Shown: positions 1-12,451, numbered from the whole stretch's first letter. The stretch: DNA of 61,074 bases, filler included, from Basidioascus undulatus (GCA_000826855.1; 4 parts of 4 records of this genome joined end to end with filler, not necessarily neighbours in it), one strand, 5' to 3'. Notes: generated by a model from the sequence alone, not told the origin. Program-made: numbers and translations.

Positions 1-507
1 CAACACTCACCCCCCCCCCCCCCGCCCCTTCCTCGTCCCCTTCACATTGCTCCAAGAGTTAGCTCTCATCTATACCGCGTGTTCTTACCTTCAACCACAC
101 TGCGCTCCGTTGCGCTGCCATTCATTTTGTGCTGGTCTTCGTCGCGCTGGCTCGGAACTTGGTTGCCGGGTTGGGCATGTGAATGTTTTGCAAGAAAACT
201 GAAAGGTGTGAACGTCGAATGACGTCGGCAGCTTGCAGCGGATTGCAGTTGATTGCAGCTGACGAACGACTGTAAGCAAGATTTAGCGCAAAAACGAGAC
301 GATTGATGACTGACTCTCCCCGGCTGACGGCGCCACCGGATGAAGGCGGACGACTTAGCCGATACGCGCTGATCTCGCGTGCTTCTTGCCCTGTGTGCGT
401 CTTCTCTCCTCGTCTCGACTCTTCTCCGTTAGCCACACCTCCGAGAGCGCCCTGCTTTCTCCCCGCGCCAGTCTCAACTTACGCACCTCACACACCTCTC
501 TTGTCCG

Positions 508-1502
508 ATGGCGCCGCCCGCACTGCATCCAACCGCGCTCAAGCTGTCCTCGGCCATCTCCGCCGCCGCCTCCACCGCAACGTCCGCCAACGGCTCAACA
601 GACAACTCGTCGCTCTACTTCAACGCTCTCTCCACTCCCCCATACTCTTCCCCGGGGCGCGACGAGGAATTCGCGCTCGATAGCGTAGAGGAGGCTGTCG
701 ATGCCTATCGCCGAGGCGAGTTTGTCGTCGTCATGGATGACGAGAGCCGGGAGAACGAGGGGGATCTGCTCTTGCCGGCGGCGGGCGTGACTGCCGAGCA
801 GATGGCCTGGATGATCAAGCATACGAGGTCAGTGTTTCCTGCCGGCTTGGCGTTGTCGCGGAACAGAATCGTAGCTGATGTGTGAACGGGCAGCGGGTAC
901 ATCTGCATCTCGCTCCCGCCCGAACGTCTCGAGGAGCTCGACATTGCGATGATGGTGCCGGACAATCAGGAGAAGCACAAGACTGCGTACACCATCACAG
1001 TCGACTACAAGCACGGTAAGTCGTGCCTCCGTAGCTTGTCGGGCGGTTTGGACCGGTTTTCCAACGTGCCCCGTACCCTACAGGAACCTCGACCGGAATA
1101 TCCGCCGCAGACCGCGCCCTCACGGCGAGGCAACTGACGCCTGGGTCGGGCGTCACTCCGAGCGACTTCACGCGGCCAGGCCATATGGTTCCTCTGCGCT
1201 ACAATCCAGGGGGCACGCTGGCCAGGAAGGGGCACACCGAGGCTGCCACGGGTCCGTCTTCTTTATCTGATGCCCCGCTCTTGTGAACAAAGCTTACTGC
1301 GGATGGTTCAGACTTGGCTAAGCTGGCAGGCTTGCCCGCTGCTGGGCTGTTGTGCGAGCTCATCAAGCCCGATTGCCCGAGCGGGTCGATGGCGCGCCGG
1401 GACGACTGCTGGGTGTTCGCCCGGCGGTGGGGTCTCAAGCTTGTGACTGTGGAGGGCATCGCGAGGTATCGGAAGGAGGTGGAGAAGGGACGCAAGGATT
1501 AA
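508..1502 (+). CDS. RIB3: 3,4-dihydroxy-2-butanone-4-phosphate synthase (riboflavin biosynthesis), 4 exons
   Basis: Motifs [61 protein letters not shown]...MARRDDC joined across GT-AG introns at ~829-893, ~1016-1083, ~1252-1311. Confidence 0.95.
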
Positions 1503-1930
1503 GGGAGCGTTTCGTGGCATGGAACAGGATGAATAACCCGTCATTAGACCGCTCCGCTCGCTGGGGGCTTGGAGAAGGCCCGGTTGCCAGATGCCAGGTC
1601 GAGATCCTTCCAGCAGCGGGAATGTTGCTCGTTTGTGGCACGCGTTTGTACGCGAGTGAACGCGCTGGGTGTTGTGACTGCTATTTGACGTTTGTGTGCC
1701 GGTCAGGAACCCCTGGCGCGCCGAATGGGCAACTTGCCGCTCATCGGCCTCGTCCTCCGCGCTCGTCAACTCGCCTTATTCCCGCTCCTTCGTCTGTACC
1801 ACCACTCGCTCTGTAGCCCGCACTGCGGGTGCGCGTTTACACCGGATACCCCTGCTCGGCTGCGGCTCGCCTGCGCTGCATGAACCCCGCGCGACTGCGG
1901 TGACCCTCCTTGCGCACACAGCCCGCCGCC

Positions 1931-4900
1931 ATGGTGCGTGTATGCCGTATGCGTGCTGTCGTACCGCTCCACTTTCAGGCTCACGTTCTTGCGCCCACTC
2001 TGTCCCTGGCCAGTCGAACGCCCCCCAGCGCCGGTCGTTCTACGAGCTGTCGTCGCAGATCTCGGACGCGTTCGCCAAGTACGCGTCCGACGCGTCCGCG
2101 CCGCCCGAGGAACGCAAGGTCGCGCTCAAGCACCTCCTCGACGTTCTCGCCTCCGTCAACGCCGACATCCTCAGTCCGGACGAACTCGACGTCGTCAAGT
2201 CTTACGCCGACCAGGCGCCCGATGTCGAAGTCAGCTTTGGCGAGTTCATGGGCCTTCTCGGCAGCATCACAAAGTCCGCGGAGCCCGTGGATCCCGAGCC
2301 GGCCTACAGCCAAGCCGACGACTCGCTCGAGCTCCCTCCGTCCCCATCACCCCTAGCCCGCACCCGCTCCCGCACTGCGAGCAGCAGCAGCGCTCGCTCC
2401 ACCTCTTCATCCCATCCCCACACTCTCTCCGACTCCGAAGACGAGGTGCATCTCGCGTTTCCCTCGCCCACCGACGCCCCCGCCCCCGCTTCGTCTCCTC
2501 AGCGCCCAGCATGCGACACGGCGCGCTCGGCGCGCAAGAAGACCACGTCCGACCCTGCGGATCCGTTCGCAGCTCGCCAACGCTCCACCCCGCTCGAGGG
2601 CCACGGCCGCGTCCGTGCACCGCCATCGAGCTTCAAGCGGCCTGTCCCGGCCAGCCGGGCGAGAAGAGAAAGCGGTAGCGGAAGCCAGGGGACTGGTGGA
2701 GGATACAGCGATGGCGAATGGGGGGGAGCAAGCGATCCAGAGGTGCGTGGTGTTGTCGATGTCAGGATGTGTAGAGGACATTCGGTCAACTTAACGGTGA
2801 ACGCTAGACTCCATCCTACTCTAACCGGCAGCGACGGCACACCCGTCAACGGCACTCGTCTCAGGGCATCCCTTACGCCTCTTCTTCGGCATCCAATTCG
2901 GGCTCTCGCCCGCCCTCCCGCAACGCTTTCTCCCCTACCGCCTCCAGCCCGCCTACGTCGCCGCGCTTGGACGAGGGTAGTTTCCATCCCGGCTTCAGCG
3001 CTCTCAGCTCTCCACCGGTCGACGATTCTTTCAGTCTCGAGGCGTTCGGAGTGGATGGGCACGGCAGGGACGCTTCGCTGGTAAGCCGGTCGCTCGATGC
3101 CGCCGCAGATGAAGTCTTACGCAGACTGACCTCACCTAAACAGGCCGACTCGATCACGTCTTCGCATGACAAGCTCGTGCGGCTCCAGCGCCGCAACGCC
3201 GAGCTCGAGAAGAAACTGCGCGAGACTGAGCGATTGCACGCTACAAGTCCGTCCCTCGACTCGGCCGTGTGATGGCATTCGCTGACTTGCGGCTTGACAA
3301 CAGACACCGACTCGAACGATCGCTACATTCTTGAGCTCGAAGATCAACTCAAAGATGTCCGCCGCTCGCTTGCTCAGCTGAGCTGTCTACGTTGCCGCTG
3401 ACGTATTCACTCAAACAGACCGACATGAAGTTGGCGGCCAAGGCTCGCGAGGAGAAGGAGCTCCGTGTCAAAGAGGTATCTTGCCGATCATCTTGTTGGA
3501 AAGAATACCGATGGCTCACCAACTCCCCGCGCGCAGCGCCAAAACTTGGTCATGATCTCGAAGGTACCTCGCAGCGGTGTCGCGTCTTAGCTGGTCCCCT
3601 TTCTAACAAGCCGGGCTCCCCTTACAGCTCGAAACCGATGTAATTACACCACCTGAATTCATGTGCATTTATTTGTATGCTGACTTGCCTCCCCACTGAA
3701 TTCAGATCGCCTCTCTGCAAAGATCACTCGAGTCGCAGCGCACGCAGTACGCCAACCTCCAGAGTCAATACCACGAACAGCTCGACGAGGCCGAGAATCT
3801 CCGTGAAGCAATCCGTGTGTGACTTGCCATCTTGCCTTACTGAGCCGTCTGACATTCGAAAGACCCGCAGGCGAGAAGGACAAGGAGATCAGGGCAGCGC
3901 GGAGTCAGGCCGACTCGTATGCGAGTGAGCTGCACAAGGTACGCACAGATTCACTACATTCCTTCTCCCATCAAAGCTCATTGTTGGGTGCGGCCGTTTA
4001 GTGGGAGAACGAGCGCGCCTCGCTCGACGACATGCTCAGCCGCACCAAGGAACAGCTGGACGCCGCGCTGCAAGCCGAGGGCCTGCTGCAAGCTCAGAAG
4101 ACCGAGAATCTCCTACTTAAGGTTTGCTTTCTCGTCTTTTCAGGTAATACATTATGAGGCTGATGGAACTTTCGCGACGCAGGAAACTATCGATCGCTTG
4201 CAGCACGAGCTCAAGTCGAACGTGGGCGCCTCGCACGACGGCAGCTCGGCTGGCGGTGCGAGCGCGCCCGGCACTCTTAGCCGCAACCTTGGTTCCGAGA
4301 TCGCGCAGCAGCTCGAGACCGTCCAACGGACGACCGAGGAGGATAGCGAGGGAGAGATCGAAACCGTCGTAACCACGCGGAGAAGGGTGCGCTCCTGGGC
4401 GCATTGAACGTCGTCTCTCTTTGCGCTGACATTGTTGGTCTGGAGCAGAAAGTGCGCCCCTCCGTCAGGGCTGTCGATGTCGGCTCGCAATCGCCTGCGC
4501 GTTCTCCACCGGTCGTCTTCGAGGACGAGATGCGAGAGGTTGCCGACGCGGGAACGCAGTACGACGCCTCAATCTTTGCTACGGACTCGGCAACGCAGAC
4601 CGACGAGCCTCCGGCACCTCCGCCGGAGCTCCGTACGCAGCCGTCGAGGCTCGCGGCAAGTGCGGAGATCGAAGTCCAGACGGACGTGAGCGACGTGCAA
4701 GGCGAGCTCGTCCCCAGCAAAATTCTCGAGGAGCTGATGAGAGCCCGGGATTCGAGAGGTACGCGCTGTTGTTGCAAGCCCGATCTGAGGAAAGCCAGCT
4801 GCTCAACCCTTTCTTCAAAGTCGCCGCGCCGCTCGAGGGCCTCATACCGTTCGGTCCTCTTCGGGACCGCGGGCGTCGCTGGGCGAATCGCTTTCCGGGT

Positions 4901-5349
4901 CGCTTCGCAAGGCCGGGTGCTCCCGGCGGTCGAGGAGCGCCCGATCCGGAGGGGATCATCGCGGGGATCATCAACTCGACGCCCCAATTCGTCATGTACT
5001 CGGCGCTGGTCTTTCTCTGTGAGTCGCTGTGGATTCTGCGATGCCATAAGCAAACGCCCTAACCTCGGCGGCGTACATTAGGCGGCGTAATCTCGGGCAC
5101 TGCCTTTCTACCTGCGACCAACACCTATCATCAAATAGTGCTCCGGGGGCTCGGCTACGAAGACCGAGGTGCGTCCACGCTTGCATTAGTGATATCGCTT
5201 GTGATCTGACGCACCTCTCCGCAGCTCTTTTTGCCGCCTACAACAATCTCGATGTCGTCGGTGCTGCCGGTGAAGGCTCCCGGTGGATGTACTTCATTGA
5301 GCGGCTGGTGTGGGGAAGCCTGGACCAAGCCCTGAGGCACCCGACTTAA
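1931..5349 (+). CDS. Coiled-coil, tail-anchored protein with N-terminal EF-hand-like region; candidate KASH-type outer nuclear membrane protein (Kms1/Kms2/KASH5-like)
   Basis: ATG at 1931 (GCCGCCATG) directly followed by a GTGCGT intron to CAG 2013. Then helical region LLDVLASVNADILSPDELDVVKSYADQAPDVEVSFGEFMGLL, an S/P-rich linker, many short coiled-coil exons (KLVRLQRRNAELEKKLRETER; LAAKAREEKELRVKE), a TM segment FVMYSALVFLCGVISGTAFL, and a tail ending ...DQALRHPT* (TAA 5347-5349). Confidence 0.65.
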
Positions 5350-5899
5350 CACCGTCTTGCACCGCTCTTCACCCTCACCGCTCATTCTCTATCCTCAAAT
5401 CTACTGCACTCCTTTCTCATGCCTTACGCGACGCATTCCTTATTGACGCCCAATACCCATGTACTCCCTCATGACGCTGAACGTACCCACATTCACTCCC
5501 TCCTAGTCTTGCCGGGCTCATGTTTCCTTGGCCATCTATAATATGTATTCTACGAAAACTGCGTGAACATGCTCTTATGGCTGGCCCGGGATAACGTGTC
5601 AAATATGCCGACCGGAAACGACCTCAAATCCGTTACCCGAGCTACAGACCGAGCAGGCGGAATTACCATGCCCTGTACATGTGGCAACTGCTTCTCGGTC
5701 CATAATCCTTCCAAGAGTGAAATCTAGCTACGGCTGCAGGGCAGCAGCGCAAGCTCCGTATCATAATGACAACGGTTGTTCCACACAAACTCAATGGCCT
5801 GCAAGGGTGGCAGTACAGTGACGCGCGGTTTTTGGAGGTGGGAAGATCAATCGTCGGTCAGTGTGTGGGTACCAAGGCCCGCGGCGTAGAGCATTAGAT

Positions 5900-6582
5900 G
5901 ACAGACCAAAAACAAAGAAAGCTAGCTCTCCCAAACTGCTGACGACGCTCAGTGCAAGTTGTCCTGCGTCGTCAGCAAACATAGGGAAGATAAATGGAAC
6001 CAAGGTAGAATCTACTTCATTCGATAGCGCACACGCCGTTTATCTAAAAGATCACGGAGCAAGTGGCGAAACCCGCTGCAAACACGAGGAACCCTTCGGG
6101 TCGCAGTTTCCCACAACTGCTGTCTTCACCCAGCGAAGTCGGCCCTTGACCAGCCGTTGCGTTCCCCAAGAGGTAATCGCGGCACGCTCCTTCCAACATC
6201 AAGGTGAAAGCGAGGCTTTCGGCGGATTTCGAGGTCCCATCCTCAGGCAACTGCTGCGTGTCTGTAACACACACCAGATATGAGCTTACGCCAAAGGCAA
6301 GGAGGATAGAGCTGGATGGCCTGACATGAATATCTGAAAAACGGCCCTCGGTGAGCCGTCATACGGAATATGGAAGAAGGAGAAGGGTACGGATCGACTG
6401 TGGGTGCTAGTATTCCGTTCGATCTGCAGCCAGTGCGGGCCCGCACAGGTCAGCGAACGTCTCTCAATCAACGTCATCTGCCTACCGAGCAAGCACACCC
6501 ACCGGATCCGCTGGGCAACCGCGGTAGGCCTCCTGGCTTTCGATGCGTACGAGTTGTAGGTGGAACTAGGGATCGTCGCCAT
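5900..6582 (-). pseudogene. Degenerate intron-containing gene relic, unknown product
   Basis: Minus-strand ATG at 6582 (MATIPSSTYNS...) followed by GT...GCTGAC...CAG intron-like units and short coding-like blocks (TQQLPEDGTSKSAESLAFTLMLEGACRDYLLGN). No clean full model could be built. Confidence 0.25.
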
Positions 6583-8682
6583 CCTGTACGATACGTAGGC
6601 GAGTACGACAGTGCCCGAAGCGTCATCGAACGAACTAGAGTCGTCGAGGTAGTTTCGAAGCAGCCTGGACGAGCGCTTGAACGACCGTGATGTCAGAAAG
6701 GAAATGACGAAAAGCCTGATCAGATTAACAAGGATCGCAAGGGATCCCTACCCACATGGTGTTTCCATGCACCGCTGAGGATTTCTTACAATCCATGTGG
6801 ACAGATCGGACAGTTGCGAGCTGCAAAGGTCGCTCGAAGCCTCAGACCTGTCCCGCCCCTGCACAAAAGTGTAAAGCCGCACCTCCAGCGAAACCTGAAG
6901 CATTATTGCGTAGACTCGAGCCATCCTCGCAGCGGAGCGGCCTAGCCGTTCCCTGGCAGCACATGTTCAGTTCTCGCTATGCGTCGGAGAGCCACTGAAA
7001 TTCACGGCTCACTGGTCGTCCACAGACCCTCATCGACCCAGCTCGAAGCATCGCCGTCATAGATGTGCCGCCAAGCCTGTAAGATGATAATCTTGAGTTC
7101 AATACCTTGGTTGGTCCATCGGTACGTACATTATTGCTGTCATCGAACAGATAACCGCGATAACCACGGATTTGTCGTAGGCCGCTTGCAGGAGCGTGTC
7201 ATTGCTCGTGAGCGCGCCATAGCTAAAATGATGATTGGTCAGACATAAAGAACAGCTAACAAGGAGTGGCTACTTGAGCAAATGCGAGACTTGCTAGCCG
7301 AGGAACGGCGGGACTATCTCACGCAACCACATGACACAGCGTCGCACTGTAGACAAAGTCGCTTCAAAACTGCAAACCGTCGGAACGGCGACTCAGTATC
7401 CCGTTTGAGTCCTTGGGCGTGCGCGAGAGAACTGGCGGCTCGGTGACACGATGAGCGCGCGATTTCGCCAAGAGTGTTGGTAGACTGGTCAGCCCCACGC
7501 ACGATATTGAAGCTGCTCGTCCGCAGCACTCGTATAGTTTTCCAATGTTATTGCTCGGATTCTGGCCAGCCAGCCAGGCGCTTATGAGCACGGCTTCTCC
7601 GAGACTCGCCGGGTCGGCTGCACTGCCGTCGCCGCCGCGAGCCCCCAGCTGCCCCTCAGACGGCGCTAGACAGCATCGTCCGCTGTTCAGGGAGGCTCGA
7701 TTAAAGCATATCTTACGCAAAGAGAACTTAATAAGCGTACCTATTGCGACGGCTTCCTCGGGCGCCGGAAGATCGCCTAGCGGAGGGAACGCCTTGCCTT
7801 CGAAGACCGAGGAGCCGGCGTAGTCAAGTTCTAGAAGTGCTTCTGCGATTGTACCCCGTCCCCAACTATCGGAAACCAGTTTTAGAGGCCAGAGTGCGAC
7901 TTCAGATGAGTAGAACATCGTACGCTCCGAGCGTAGTCCAGGACTGTAACAGCTGGTCTTTCACTACGGTCGTGGTGGTGGTGTTGATGTCCTCCGCGGA
8001 CACCGCAGAGGCGGAACACAGGTGGGTCAGTGCGATGATTCCAGCAATTCTTCTCATCAGTCTCTGCGAGGGCAACGTTGGGCGCGAAGGAGATGAGCGT
8101 GAAAGAAGAGGGTAGACTCGATCAGCACCGGAACGACGACCCAATTTCGTGTGGGGACAGCTCCACTCAGTTGATGTGCGTCAAAACAAGCCAGTTGCTG
8201 CACACTCGATCCCGCTCGCGTGTACGCGCGATGTCTCAGCGTGCGAGACGTCTTCTACCTACTGGACAATACAATACTGTTCTCGCAACCAAGCAAAAGA
8301 CCAGGGCGAATAGGACGGTGCATGGTAGGTACGTCATGTCTTTGCAAGTGTGCAACAATTTGCGATGTCGTTGTAGGTCAACCGGGGGCAAGAGTGAGCG
8401 TGTATTCAGCGTGGAAGAACGTAACCCGTCATAGTCGCCAACGGCTGTCACGAACGTGTGGAATCTTACGCCGCCGGCGCAGAGACAAAAGCGGACCAGG
8501 TTACCCCAGCACCTGCCGCCTGAATATGACGATGCTGAGTGCTGTATGTCATCTTTCGGGCCAGTCACGAAATGCCTGAGCACGACTTTAAAACAACAAT
8601 TCGCAACAAGAGCCAGTCGTTATGCATGGTGCATGAGGGGACGGGTAGCATGGACGGATATAGACGGACCGCGCGAGTACAT

Positions 8683-8986
8683 TTACCGGCTAAACAGAAA
8701 TTTGTTAACAACAATCCCGGGTGTAAAGAACAAGGCATGAAGCGCACCCAATGATACCGTCAAACCGCTGCTTGAACCAGGCCATGGACTCCTCCTTCTT
8801 GACCTGTGCATTAGAAATATTGTCAGGCGTTACGGCGAAGGTTGCATCAGTGGGAAGAAGACTTATTGTGCTGGTAGCCAACGCGGGCGGTCTTCTGCTT
8901 GCGGCGGGAGACACGGTAGCCCGGGCGGCCGAGGACGACGTAGAAGTCGGCACCGAAAATGCCGATCGTCGGGTCGTACTTGATGC
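8683..8986 (-). pseudogene. RPL11: 3' fragment of 60S ribosomal protein L11 (uL5), introns retained, one splice donor broken
   Basis: Minus strand reads [40 protein letters not shown] / VKKEESMAWFKQRFDGIIG / R*. It is preceded by an acceptor (ACTGAC...CTAG) but no upstream FGFGI-EHIDL exon is present. The donor after QH reads CACAATAAGT, with no in-frame GT. Confidence 0.85.
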
Positions 8987-9113
8987 CTAGAGGAACAGGA
9001 TGTACGCGTCAGTATATGCACAAATCTCCATTGCGGGATGGTGCCCGTGGACGGCGCCTCGTTGCAGTACCCCCGACCGGGCCACCTCTGGCGCCAGAGT
9101 CCCAATCCGCCCC

Positions 9114-9968
9114 ATGCCCGCTATTGTGGGCGTCGGGGAGAAGGGCGAGAGGTGGGATGCCGAGACGATCTTGAGTGCGTCCTCCTCCTCCCCGTCTTCA
9201 TCTTCACCTCCCATCTTGTTCTTTCATCCCATGCTGATCTTTCTTTCTCCCCTCCCGCGCACAGGCACGTACACCAACATCGAGAACCACCCGCGCAAGA
9301 TCCGGGCTCACGAAGTCTCGGGCGGGCGTCGCAAGTCGCGCGCCTCGCCCGCCCCTCCCGCGCACACGCAAGCGCAGATCTCGATCGACCCGCGCACGGG
9401 CTTCCCTGTTGTGGAAAAGCCGATCGCGGAGGAGGACGAGGACGAGGAGCAAAGCGAGAGCGATGATGAGGGTACGTCTTCAGAAGAGGAGGGAGGAGGG
9501 CGAGAGGGGTGGGAGATTGATGTGTGGGTGGTGGTGGTGGGGACGGAAACAGGTCCGAAGCGCGTTACTGTAGCGCGGAACAAGAACGAGTCGAAGGAGG
9601 AGAAGAAGGCTCGCAAGACGGAGGTGAAGGCTGAGCGGCTGGTGGGTCGTCGCCCTTCTCACCCTCTCCCCTCTTTTCTCCCTTTCACCCCCTCCCCCCC
9701 TTTTCACGTCCCTTTCCCCTCTCCCCTCTCCCAGCCTCCCTCACGTCCTACTCTCCCTTCCCTCGAACGAATCCGCTTTCCCTTCGCACTGCCCCGCTGA
9801 CCCACCACCCGCCCAACCCAGGCCCGCCGCACCGAAAAGAAGTCCAACAAGGAAGCCTTCTCGACCGAGCGCAAGCGGCAGGTCAAGCACACCAACACCC
9901 TCCGCGCGAACGCGGACGTCGCGGCCGTTGCTACGGGCAGGGGCGCGAGCGTCGTGAGGCTGGCGTAG
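9114..9968 (+). pseudogene. LTV1: 3' portion of 40S biogenesis factor LTV1 (5'-truncated, 4 exons)
   Basis: MPAIVGVGEKGERWDAETILS/TYTNIENHPRKIR... and RNKNESKEEKKARKTEVKAERL/ARRTEKKSNKEAF...VVRLA* match the LTV1 C-terminus. The several hundred N-terminal residues expected upstream are replaced by the RPL11 fragment. Confidence 0.75.
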
Positions 9969-11475
9969 AGAGGAGACAGAGGAGAGGGGAAAGGAGAGGG
10001 TGGGGGTTGCATGCTTTCGTTTTTGCACACTGGCTTTCTTCGTTGCGTTTCGCATATATTTTCGCTACTTCACATCCGGGAACGAAATGAGTGACTTCGT
10101 GGGTCCAGGCTCGCGTGCAGCCGGCGTTGCTCGAGAGATGCAAGGATGGGCACTCTGCGTTGAACTTCTTTTGTTAAACCGCTGGAGTTCGAACCTGGGA
10201 GAGAGAGTAATCTAGCAGCGAAACTCCAATTGGGAGTAATCTGGAGGACAACCTTGGGAATGGAGCCTGCCATGCGGCTGTGTGTCACTAGAGTGTTCCC
10301 CCCGAGTGGACAGGGAGGTGTCAAATTTGAATGAAGCATTCAGAGATCACTAACCCAACAACACAATTTTTTTGAGCCATATGCGGACATGTAAACCCTG
10401 CATCCCGGACGGAGCACAAAACAGCGTTGTCTGATGCGAAGTGCTCATGCAGAGGAGCTCGAACTAACGCAACAATCGAACTAACGCAGCAAGTCTCCCA
10501 AGGTAATGATGTGATTCCTTCAACTTATTACAACTTATTACAGTGTCATAAAATAAGATATCAAGCTCCCATACCAGGATAAGTGGCTGAAGACAGTCCG
10601 CTTGCAATGGCAATGCAGCGCAGATCAGAGATGCAATGCAGAAGCAAGCACCTTGAGCACTTGCGCCGGGGGTTCAACCAGCATGCTGGTCAGGAACTGG
10701 TCTGAGCATTTTGAGACCAGGATTATTTTCAGGCTACTCCTCTTAAGACACAAGGTGCCTTTTCAGTGGAGAGCTGCTTACTTGGGCAAGAACGGGGGTT
10801 GGCCGGTGCACGCTTTCCAAGGTGTTTGATTGTTCCCCTGAGTCACAGTTACCTCAAGTCTTACGCGAAATTACGTTCTACCAGTGGGAAAAACATAAGG
10901 TCTGAAAGCCTAATATCTCTCTGATACACTAAATCAGACATGTAGCAGCAAACGCTGGATTGAGCTCAAGATTCGCGATTGCTTCGCAAACATCCAAAAG
11001 AGCACCACCTATTTATTCATACACAGCCAGCATTGCCTACTAGGAACATGTAAAAAAATGGTCATAATCCCCAGCTTTGGTGTTTATGGGGTGTTTAGTT
11101 TGTTCTGGCTTCAAGGGCTGTTTGGGGTGCCTGTCGGTGGCACTGTCCACGTCGTCACAGGTAGGCCTGACTGAGTGCTACCTGCAGCAGTCCACTTACG
11201 GGCTGACATTCACGCTTGCTTCACCCTAACGGGAAAGCCATACAAAGTTTTGGGAAAAAATCATTTGGCAGAAGTTGGAAAAAATAGTTTGCAAAGATGT
11301 GTGTACCTGTTGTAGTAAAGGCTCAAAATCGCGGACAGGATGGTAATACTGTGTCGGCGACCGCAGCGGTTGCAAGGTGACCATAATCCTCGTGGACTGC
11401 TCGGTCGAAGCCCCATTGCCGAATATCTCTAATAATCACACACGTATTTTGTCAGAGGTTCTCTTCATATTAACC

Positions 11476-12451
11476 ATGTCGCTTCGTCTCAAATACGCAC
11501 CGAAGAGCACAAAGCCCGTCGGCAACGCGAGGCGGTCCGGACAATGGAGACCCATGGATTTCTGAAGAGGAGGAGCCGCTGTCGAGCTCGGATGAGGAGG
11601 CGGCAATACCAAATTCTGTGAAAGAGGGATCCGGACCTTGCGAAGGGCGGGGCGATGGTGTCGAGGTGGACCTTGGTGGTTTGTCGTTGGGTACGGAAGA
11701 TGCTGGGGGCGAGGTGAGTTTCCACGCTGTCCATTATTCGCTAGTAAGGGGACCCAAACCACAGAAACATTCATTTTTTGGTAGGGATTGAAGGCGCAAG
11801 AAGATCTCGAGTACCCATCACCGCATCCGGCGCATCCCGACGCAGTCGAGCCGCCGACAGACCGGCTGTTCCTGCCGCCCGAAGAGGTCGTCATCCCGCC
11901 TGAGCTCGCGATCGAAACGCTTGGGTTACCTGAAGGCCTCGTCATATGAGTGCCTTCCCTGGTCTTCACCTCAAGTCACTGGGTGTTGAGTCTGTTGACG
12001 AGGGAATCTTGCACAGGCCAGAGAAGTCGCGACCTCCGTGGGACTGCCGGTGGTGTTCGTAGTTTCCGATGTGCGCTTCCCTTCTCATCACCGAAACACT
12101 CAGCGCACTCACGTCGACCTCTTACCAATTCCAACGACAGGCCCTCACCATGTTCTCCGCCCTATGCGTACCGCTTGAGCTGCCCATCGCGTACATGCGC
12201 TGCCCGGAAAAGTGGGCGGACAAGAACAGCTTCCAGTTTATGCTGCTCGACCGGGAGGCACGCGCGCGTGTGCCAGAGGAGAGCCCGCTGTGGGGTCTAG
12301 TGGAGCGGGTCAAGGCGGAGAAGGGGAGGGTCAAGGTGCGTTTGTCTGATGAGGGCGGGCGCGAGGCCGGAGGGTTGAAATTGAGGCTGTGAAGCTAAGC
12401 GAGGGGTTGGATGCCGTACAGGTGCTGAAGAGGAAGATGAAGGTCTCATGA
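11476..12451 (+). CDS. Hypothetical multi-exon gene or gene fragment
   Basis: In-phase exons DNGDPWISEEEEPLSSSDEE...GGE / GLKAQEDLEYPSP...LGLPEGL / AREVATSVGLPVVFVVSD / ALTMFSALCVPLELP...KGRVK / VLKRKMKVS* separated by GT-AG introns. No in-frame ATG was found, so the 5' end is uncertain. Confidence 0.4.

Noticed and set aside
8705..8990. ORF-track peptides 8751-8990 (+) and 8705-8953 (-) as genes
   Set aside because: They are antisense or off-frame readings of the RPL11 fragment.
9640..9800. Long C/T tracts (also 1-40, 23100-23260) as structural elements
   Set aside because: Low-complexity pyrimidine tracts typical of introns and UTRs in this genome.
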